Assembly: GCA_033442325.1 (NCBI GenBank)
Contig: JAWQFM010000021.1
Coordinates: forward strand, 221,033-263,148
Direction: 5' to 3'
DNA length: 42,116 nt
DNA from: Salpingoeca rosetta
Taxonomy: Eukaryota; Protista; Choanoflagellata
In this document: positions 33,867 to 42,116 of the stretch, in pieces
Position numbering within the stretch: the stretch's first letter is position 1
Layout of the letters: every line of letters begins with the position of its first letter
Notes under the pieces: model-generated
Seen by the model: only the letters and a program-made list of their open reading frames with translations
What the model was told of the DNA's origin: nothing
Database searches by the model: none
Made by a program: the position numbers and the translations under genes

Positions 33867-36800
33867 GAGGGCGTGCATTTGAGTAGATGACAAACAAGAG
33901 TGGATGCTACATACATACATACATGCACGCACACGTATATGCACACACCTGGATCGTCAAAACGAAGGCGCTTGCCGGAGGTGAGCAATGCTTCCAATGT
34001 CAGCAGCATTGGTCCGCGGAACTTGGGATACTCTTGCTTGATGATGTCTGGTGTGCGTTGCATGGCAATCTCCCACAGCAGCACGCCAAAGCTGAACACG
34101 TCGGCCTTGCTGTCGTAATCCCCACCAGCGAGAACCTCCGGCGCCATGTACAAGGGCGTGCCGACGCCAACCGTTAGGCTGAGTTTGAGGGTCTGCCCGC
34201 CCAGCTGCTGCGAATACGGCAATTCCTCGGGTCCCTCCTCAGTTCTGGGCATCTCAGCAGACAGCTTCTGGCGCACGGACCCGAAATCCGAAATCTTTGC
34301 GCGCAGCTTGCTTGACACAAGCACGTTTCCGCTCTTCAGATCCCTGCGCGTGATGTGCATGTATGTGTGTGGGTGTGTTTGTGGGTGTGCGCGTGTATGT
34401 GTGTGTGTATGCATGCGCGCATGTGTGTGTATGTATGTGTGAACATGAAGCTGGGAACGATGTCAAGACTTGCAACAGCGCACAAGGCAACAAGAAGCAA
34501 CCGTCTGGCAGTGCTCCACCCCTCATCCAACCCTCACCCCCCCCCCCCCCACACACACACACGTGCACACACAGACACACATGCGCGCATGCACCTGTGG
34601 AACTGGTCGAGGCTGTGGATAAAGGCCATGCCACATGCGACGTCGCAAGCCAGGCGCTGCTTCAGCTCCCACACGGAGGTGAAGTGAATTTCGCCGGCCA
34701 TCATGGAATCACGCTTGTTCACAACAATCAGGCCTTGCTCCTCGTCCACGTCCATGTTTCCACTGCTGAAGGAAGACCCGACGCTGTGGTGCCGCATGGC
34801 ATTGTCTGCCAACACCTCGTGCAGATCACGCTTGAGCAGGTCCTTGAGCGAGCCCAAGGGCACAAACTCCAGCACCATGAACGGCGACTCATCTGGGGTT
34901 GAACCCGCCCCGAAGAAGCGCACCACGTGTGGGTGGCGTGTGCGCTGCAGGAAGGAAACCTCCTTCTCAAACTCCACCTGCGTGCTGGCGTCAAACAGCG
35001 CCACGCTGTGGTTGAGCACCTTCACAGCAACAAGCAAGGCGTCCCACTCGGCCTTCCACACATCACCAAAGGCGCCGCTGGCAATGGGGTCGAGGAAACT
35101 CAGCTGGTCGTAGTCAATCTCCCACCCGGACTTGAGTGCCAGTACCTCGGCATCCTTCTCCACCAGCAACGCCTGGTCCAGGTCGCGCTGCTTGCGGAAT
35201 CTGCGCATGCGGCGGCGATAGCCAAGGCGCGTGACGTAGATGCACAAGGGCATGACGGCAAACAGCACGCCCAGCGTAATCTCCAGCGTTGGCGCGCGCT
35301 TCTTGTGACAGCGCTCGCCGCGTCGCCGGTACCCGCTGGCGCAGCGGCATTCGTGGGTGTAGCCAACCTCGGACGTCAGCGACGTCGCCTCGCCTTTGCG
35401 GGCGCGCAGGCTGTGCAGCTGCAGCCTGCACTCGACGGGCGTGTCGCCAAGAGACAGGATGGGAATGTGGTCGCGGTTCGGCAGGGTCACGCCACTTAGC
35501 GTGGTGAGGGACTGCTGGGAGACACCGGTCAGCTCGTCGGTTGCGGCGCGCATGACGTCGAGGTTGTTCAGCCAGGGGTTGTCGCTCATGTCCACCACAA
35601 GCGCCACGCTCAAGCACCGCTCAATCATCTCCAGGAAGTGCACTTTCGGTGCAGTCGTCATGTTGCGCATGTTGCGGGCGAAGAGGGCGCGCGTGCCCCA
35701 GATGGTGCAGATCATGGTTTTGACAGGCACGCGCGTGCCGCTGATGTCGAGCACGTCAATTTCGGCTGCGTGGATGGTGTCCAACTGCGAGCAGCCGGAC
35801 ACATTGAGGTGCCTCACATCACGGTCGACTTCAAACGTGGTAAGGGCCACGTTGCTCTGGAGCTGCACACTCTCGTACAGCTTGCTGCGAGGCAGCGCGA
35901 TTGACGAAAGCCCCGTGTGCGTGATGGCGAGCTCCTCCACCTCATCGTCGAGCATGTCGCGCAGATCTGACAGCAGCGGGTTCTTGTCGTGCAGGCCTGG
36001 CCAGCCAATGCCAAAGCTCCGCAAACGAATGCCCTGGAACGGGAGGAGGTCCGGCACCACCATGGCGCGTACGTCCAGGTGCTTCAGGTTGCGCATGCTG
36101 TGCTGCAGGGAGGCGAGGATGTTGCTGTCGTAGACGAGGGTGCTGTGCACGTGATCTGCGCCCGGGTCGATCTGCGCCGCCACCTGCAGCGTGGTGAGGT
36201 TGTGGTTGTTGCGTAGGACGTCCAAGCGGACATCGGCCAGCCGGTGCCAGTTCATGCTGAGGGTGTGCAAGTTGGACAGCTGCTCCAGGCCCTCAATCTG
36301 CTGAATCGGGTTCTCGTCGAGGTAGAGCAGTTGCAGGTTGCGCAGCTTGGAGACGTCGATGGCGGTGATGCCGCTGCGCGCGCACAGCAGGTGCTTCAGG
36401 CTGGCCAGGAACTCAAACGGCTCCGTGGACAGGGAGCGGAAGTTGTTGTCGCCGATGCTGAGCTCCTCCAGCCTGCTCGCGTCACGAAGGAACTTGGTGG
36501 GCAGCTTGCTGATGTGGTTCTGGGCCAGGTTGAGCCTGGTGAGGTTGCCGAGGCCGGAAAAGACGCCGGTGGCAAGCGACGTGAGTTGGTTCGCCTGCAA
36601 GAAGAGCGTGTCGAGGCGCTCGAGCTTGTGGAAGACTTCGGGCACCAGCTCGGTGAGCATGTTGTTGGCCAAGTCCAGGTGCAGCAGGTTGACGAGGCCG
36701 TCGAAGACCGCTTCGTCGATGACGCTGATGCGCCCGCTTTGCAGGAAGAGGGTTTCCAACATGGTGGTGGAGGAGAAGAGGTTTGGTGGGAGGGAAGACA

Positions 36801-37940
36801 GTCGCAGGGAGGAGGCGTCGAGGGTGGTCAGCCTGGACTGCGAGCTGAGCATGGTGCGCGGGAGCTCTTGGATGGGGTTGTTGGCGATGTTGAGCACACG
36901 CAGGTCTGGCAGGTTGGAGAAGGCGTGATCGTCGATTGTGGTGATGACGTTGCCGTCGAGATGCAAGTCTCGCAGGTGCGCGAGCGGCTCAAAGTCCGAG
37001 TGCTCCACAGTGGCGATGCCGTTGTTCGCCAGGTTGAGGGTGGTGATGTTGTTGAGGAAGTGCAGCCCTTGAAGCGAGGTGATCTGGTTGTGGCGGAGGA
37101 AGAGGCGTTGGAGGCGCGTAAAGTCATGGAAAGCATCGTCCACTGCAGTCACGAGGTTGTTGTTGAGGTTGATGGTGGTGAGCGGCAAACGCAACCGTTG
37201 CCTGTTGGACAGAAAGACAATGTCGTTTTGCTGCATGTTCAGCTCACGCAGGTCTGGTAAGTCTGCAAACACGTGAAAGTCGAGTGAGGCACTCCTGTAC
37301 TGTTGGATGTGGATGACTTTAATGTGTTGCCACAGATGCGGGTTGCGCACCAACACACATTCGAGGTCTCTGAAGTCGCGAGGGCCCACAAGCGTCAGTT
37401 CAACAGCAAACTCTGCAATGGCCCGAGCAGCAGCGCGTGCGTCATGCATGGGCTCAGGGTGAGGACTTGGTGTTGTGTCGTTTTCTGTGCGAGTGCGCGT
37501 TACGGTTGTGGTTGTTCCTGCAGTAGTTGTCGCCCGTGGTGCTGATGGCCCCCCTGCTGTGGTATTGGCTGGTGGTGTTGTTGTGGTTGTCGTTGTGAGT
37601 TGTTCCTGGTTGGGCAGGTCGTCGGCAAACTCGCAGGTATCCTCGTCGAGATACAGAAAGAGGTGGAACGGGTCGTCTCTGCCCACTGCGCACTCGCCTC
37701 GCTGAACGTTCCCCAGCGTGCAGGTGATTGTATCACTTGCGGTTCCCGTTGGCTGTGGTGGCTGGCGTTGGTCTTGCTGGTCTTGCTGTTCTTGCTGGTC
37801 TTGCTGGTCTTGTTGGTCTTGCTGGTCTTGCTGTTGCTGCTGTCGTTGGCGTTGCTGCCGCTGAAAAGGTGATGAGAGGCTGCGGGCTGCGCGCTCCAGC
37901 ACAGGCACGCTCTTCTTGCTACTGCTGTATGGCCATGCCG

Positions 37941-38032
<92 letters not shown>

Positions 38033-38475
38033 GCTGTTGTTGGTTGTGGCTGAGGTGTGGTGGTGGCTTGCCGTGGTTGGGCGCCGAAGCATGGGCGTGT
38101 GTTGTCCGTGTGATGATGCTCTGGGAGCGGCTGAAACAGGGCATCAGCACAAAAGTGACGCACGATGGTAAGGAAGGGGCGGGCGGTGGCGTCCTTCCAA
38201 GCCGTGTCCTGCGGAGACGACGAGGCAAGCTGTTGCAGTGCATGCTGAGCTTCTTCACACAGCGATTGGTGCTCCGGACACCCGACAGGAAGGCATGGCC
38301 CTGAGGCATCATCAGGGCAGGACACCAGGGGGCGACACAGTGCCTGGGTGGTTGTGGTCGTCTGCGACAACCCAGGTGCTACCAGGACCGCAGTCACGGC
38401 AAGAAGAAGCGAAACGACCGCGCAGCCCAGGACACGCTGGCGTGGACGAGCTTGTGCGAGTGCAGTGCCAGCCAT
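33620..38475 (-). CDS. LRR receptor kinase of the TKL group (~1459 aa): signal peptide, Cys-rich N-region, Thr/Gln spacers, LRR array, EGF-like motif, TM, kinase; exons 38475-34595, 34343-33949, 33723-33620
   Basis: Many LxxLxLxxNxI/L repeats; CRCASGYRRRGERC; TM ITLGVLFAVMPLCIYV; kinase motifs ASGAFGDV, VAVK, HR|DLKSGN, DFG, GTPLYMAPE, DVFSFG, ERPPF. Splicing is in frame (4380 nt). Confidence 0.92.
37940..38042 (-). repeat. Coding (ACA)n tract giving poly-Thr in the LRR kinase ectodomain
   Basis: (GTT)n on the + strand, in frame with the large exon. Confidence 0.9.
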
Positions 38476-39056
38476 TATGATGGCGAGCGAAACCAAGCAC
38501 AGGTTTGAGAGTGTGAGAAACAGGAGGGGAAGGCCGAGAATGAGCGAAAGAGCGTTCGAGCAGGAGTAAGGGGAGGCTTGTGATGGTTGGTGGTGATGAT
38601 GTCGGTAGCGATGTCGTGGGAGAAAACAAGGAACAAAGCAACAAGCAAAGAAGCAACAGCTAACTGCTGCTGATTGTTTTGAGTGTGGCGGAGAGAGAAA
38701 AGGACCAAACAAGCAAAGCGAAAGCGCACGAGACAACTACTCGCACAAAAGAAGAAAGGAAGACGGCGGAAGAGCGAGGAATGCTGTTTTGGTGAGAGGG
38801 GAACAACGCACCAAACCCGCATGGCCAAAACAGACCGCTTTCCGGGCAAAACGACAAAAACGCGTGGTTGCCCCGGTTCCTCGTGCTTGCATGCACGCAC
38901 GCATGCGAGCGCATGACCAAAGATCGTGGCAAATCCTCCAAAATCGACTAGGTTAAGTCGTGACAACGCGACACATCGGAAAACATTGCTGAGTCAGCCG
39001 TGGCGAAAGCGACACACGACATACAAAGCGATTGAAGGAGGACAAGAGTCGGTGCA

Positions 39057-39321
39057 ATGATGAAGATGACCACGTTGACGATGGCTTTGGTGTTGGTGTT
39101 GCTGTTGCTTGTCATCCTGCCACCTGCTGCTGTTGTTATTGTGGTTGCGGCTGGCATCGACCCTCGCTATGCCATCAACATCACCGTCTACCACGTCAAC
39201 GAGGTGTGTATATGTGTGTGCGCGCGCGTGTGTTGTATGTATGTGTGTGTGCTCGTGTGTGTGTGTGTGTGCTCTGGTGTGTGTGCTGGTGTGTGTGTGT
39301 GTTTCTCTCTCTGTCTCTCTG

Positions 39322-39356
<35 letters not shown>

Positions 39357-39991
39357 GCCTCTCTGTCTCTGTCTCTCTCTGTCTCTGTCTCTCTCTTTCT
39401 CTCCCCCTCTCTCTTGCTCTGTGCGCCATCCCACAGACTCTATATGGCCCAGTGCTGGATTCCTGCCTGCACCTGACAGGCGCACGATAAGACTTAACTT
39501 GTATTGAAGGTTAAACGAAGATGCGGCTTAGCAGATCATTGGTTGTAATCTTACAGTGCGGTTGGACTACGTTCGGAGGTTCGTTTGGCTCTTAGCATAC
39601 AGAAAGGAAAAAGGTCCCTGCAGACACCTCGATGATAGACGACAGACAGCGTCATGAAAACGAACAACGAGAATCGAGGGTCCCCATGATGCGGCTGCAA
39701 CTACGCAGAGATTCACCATCTCGCTAACCCCTACAGTACTTCGGTTTATGGGTAAGAATGCACCGCACGCACGGTCCTGACATCATTCTTTCTAGCCGGT
39801 TGAGCATGTCTACGCGCCTAAGCTGACTGTTGGTATTTCGCATGGAATCTACCCCTCGTACGGTCGGCCATGAGCTTCGACGGGATGCCCCGTTGACACT
39901 ACCCTGAGAGTCCCTCACGCGATCTCGCGTAGACTAATGAGCCTGAAGGGTAGTGGAATGTTCAAAAAAGAGACCGGCCATAAGTGAAGAC

Positions 39992-40069
<78 letters not shown>

Positions 40070-40623
40070 CGTTTCTCGCACTGTGTCGTTGCCGCGACTC
40101 GTACACTTCACAGCCAACACACACACACACACACATACATACACACACACACACACTCACTCACTCTCACACTCTCTCACACTCTCTCCCACTCTCACTC
40201 ATCCGCACCCAAACACACGCGCGTGATGACTCAAACACATGCAGGCAAGTACGAGTGCAAGTGCGTGCTGCCACCGCCGCTGGCGATGTGTGGTCCGACG
40301 GTCGGATATGAGGACGTCGCGGCGTCGCATGTGCAGCCGCTGCCGGCCCCAGACGCCCCAAACTACCTGTGGTGGCGGTACAACCTGGCACAGTACTTGG
40401 GAGGCGCGTGGTACTCGTTCCTCGAGGAGGGAAAGTGTCCGCACACGCCAGCGGCAGCGGCAGCGGCGCCGTTGCAATTGGCGTCAGCATATGCACAGCC
40501 ACGTTCACACCGTGACGGTGACGGTGGTACGAGCAATAGCCTTGATCACAGACAACGAACCGTGAACACCAACAACAACAACAGCAGCAACAGCAACAAC
40601 AACAACACCAACAACAACAGCAG

Positions 40624-40655
<32 letters not shown>

Positions 40656-40693
40656 ACAACAACAACAGCAGCAACAGCAGCAACAGCAACAAC

Positions 40694-40727
<34 letters not shown>

Positions 40728-41062
40728 ACAACAACAACAGCAACAACAGCAGCAACACCAACACCGGTGACAGTTGCTACTGGCGTGTGGTGGATGTGCG
40801 CAAGCGCGTGCGTAAGAACTGCACGGATGCGATTATTCAGGCTGCAGTGCAGTCGGTGCACCCAGACTGCTTTGGAGCCTGCAAACAACCACGCAACGTG
40901 ACGAGCCCCTGCTGGATCGAGTGCTTCTTCTCGACTTTGATGGGCAAGACGAGTGCGCACGAGGTGTACGACCCATCCCATGCCCTCAACACCACGCTCT
41001 TGCACGGTGCATTTCTGCAATCGTTTGCTGACCCAGAGCACCAAGGGTGCCCGCCCGTTTAG
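39057..41062 (+). CDS. Secreted Cys-rich protein of unknown function; exon 1 39057-39203, exon 2 begins 39437 but is disrupted, last exon ~40245-41062
   Basis: Signal peptide then INITVYHVNE|TLYGPV. The last exon has WWRYNLAQYLGGAWYS, CYWRVV..KRVRKNC, PCWIECFF, GCPPV* and an Asn/Ser microsatellite-derived insert. The middle coding part is not recoverable. Confidence 0.6.
39455..39991. other. Compositionally foreign ~535-bp segment interrupting or replacing coding sequence
   Basis: No microsatellites, near-uniform base use, frequent TA dinucleotides, stops in all + frames, abrupt start within an exon and abrupt end at a (CA)n tract. Boundaries are approximate. Confidence 0.6.
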
Positions 41063-41646
41063 GACCAGTGCATGTACACGGTGGGAACGGTGGGAACGGT
41101 AGCTCTATGATGTGAATACGTGCACAAATGCGTGGGCGCTTCGTGCGTGCCTTGTATGTGGATGGGAGTTTGCTCGCGTGCCTGACATATGGGAAGGCGT
41201 TTTTTCGTTCAGTGGTGGGTGGTGTTGGTGATATAATACATACACGCAGCCTGACAGGCGTGAGAACATGCATGGCTTTGACGTGACGCCACACACGCAT
41301 ACACATATCAGGGTTGAAACTCTTTTCTCACATCAGTATCGTGCACAGGAAGAGGGAGGGCGCGTGCAAATGGTTTCCTTTAGTGTTCTCGACAGGCACG
41401 AGCCCGGTCAGACAGACAAACAACAGGCACACGAAGGGATGAAGACGAACGGGCAGACAGACATGCAAATCAAGCGCGCGCGCACACACACGAATGAAAC
41501 ACAAACACAAAATCAAACACACACACACACACACATGCACACGTCACACACATACACGCACGCACACATGCACACACATTCAATCACATACGCAAAAATC
41601 AAACACATGAACCACAAACGTACAACACACACACACACACATCGGC

Positions 41647-41853
41647 TCAGAAGACGATGCGGTAGGAGACATATCTGCCTGCTGTTGGGCTGTTGTTGCG
41701 AATGACCTTGCAGACCTGCCCGCGCTTGAGGCCGAGGTAGCGGGCGACGGGGTCAGACACCTTCATGCGCGGCAGCTGCTGCTCCTGCAGTTTGTATCGC
41801 TGCAGCAACGCCTGCTTCTCCTCTTTGCTCAACACCACGTGTTGTGGCACAAG
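41647..41853 (-). CDS. RPB5: RNA polymerase I/II/III shared subunit RPB5 (POLR2E), final exon; gene continues beyond the window
   Basis: [63 protein letters not shown] is the RPB5 C-terminal domain. Confidence 0.95.
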   Translation of the reverse strand, partial: LVPQHVVLSKEEKQALLQRYKLQEQQLPRMKVSDPVARYLGLKRGQVCKVIRNNSPTAGRYVSYRIVF

Positions 41854-41937
41854 CTGCACAGGGTGTCGAGAGCACAGTGGTGGTGATGGTGGTGGTGGTG
41901 GTGGTGGTGGTGGTGGTGGTGGTGGTGGTGAGAGCCC

Positions 41938-41981
41938 GTGAAGAAGTGAAGAAGTGAAGAAGTGAAGAAGTGAAGAAGTGA
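41938..41981 (+). repeat. (GTGAAGAA)n octamer tandem repeat in an RPB5 intron
   Basis: About 5 copies seen directly. Confidence 0.85.
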
Positions 41982-42116
41982 GAGCGGGAGAAGAGTAAGA
42001 GGGAGCCCAAGCACAGAGTTGACGAGCCAAATACAGGGGACGGGGGTTCAAACGAAATGATTTGCATTTTCGTCGTCGCATCATTAAAGTACACACACAC
42101 ACACACACACACACAC

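Noticed and set aside
39521-39918. Short ORFs in the foreign segment (including 39724-39918 on the - strand)
   Set aside because: Lengths are as expected for random sequence, with no recognisable motif or host-like codon bias.
39443-39982. TATGGCC...GGCCATA as terminal inverted repeats with a TA target duplication (MITE)
   Set aside because: Only 7 bp match, and the left copy is part of the host coding sequence (TAT GGC CCA = YGP), so it is probably chance.

Overview
Intron-rich, microsatellite-laden eukaryotic DNA with (CA)n/(GT)n-filled introns, GC-rich exons and four 100-N scaffold gaps. The style and gene set suggest a choanoflagellate such as Salpingoeca rosetta (inference). Most of the six-frame ORF track is microsatellite noise. 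Splicing by hand gives 12 genes: a small secreted DM9-like protein (-), PDCD10/CCM3 (+), a 4-CUB single-pass receptor with a Tyr/Pro-rich tail (-), a YhhW-type pirin (-), COX7A-like (+), an iRhom-architecture rhomboid (-), CBP4/UQCC3-like (+), TTC21B/IFT139 (+), MITD1 (-), an LRR receptor TKL kinase (-), a secreted Cys-rich protein (+) and the last exon of RPB5 (-). The most notable points are: (1) the iRhom-like protein keeps the catalytic GASG serine and TM6 histidine, whereas animal iRhoms have GPx and are pseudoproteases; (2) a ~535-bp compositionally foreign, random-looking segment interrupts exon 2 of the secreted Cys-rich gene; (3) an antisense propeller-repeat coding fragment sits inside a CUB-gene intron; (4) the LRR-TKL receptor is encoded almost entirely by one 3.9-kb exon. 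I see no evidence of a multi-gene novel system.
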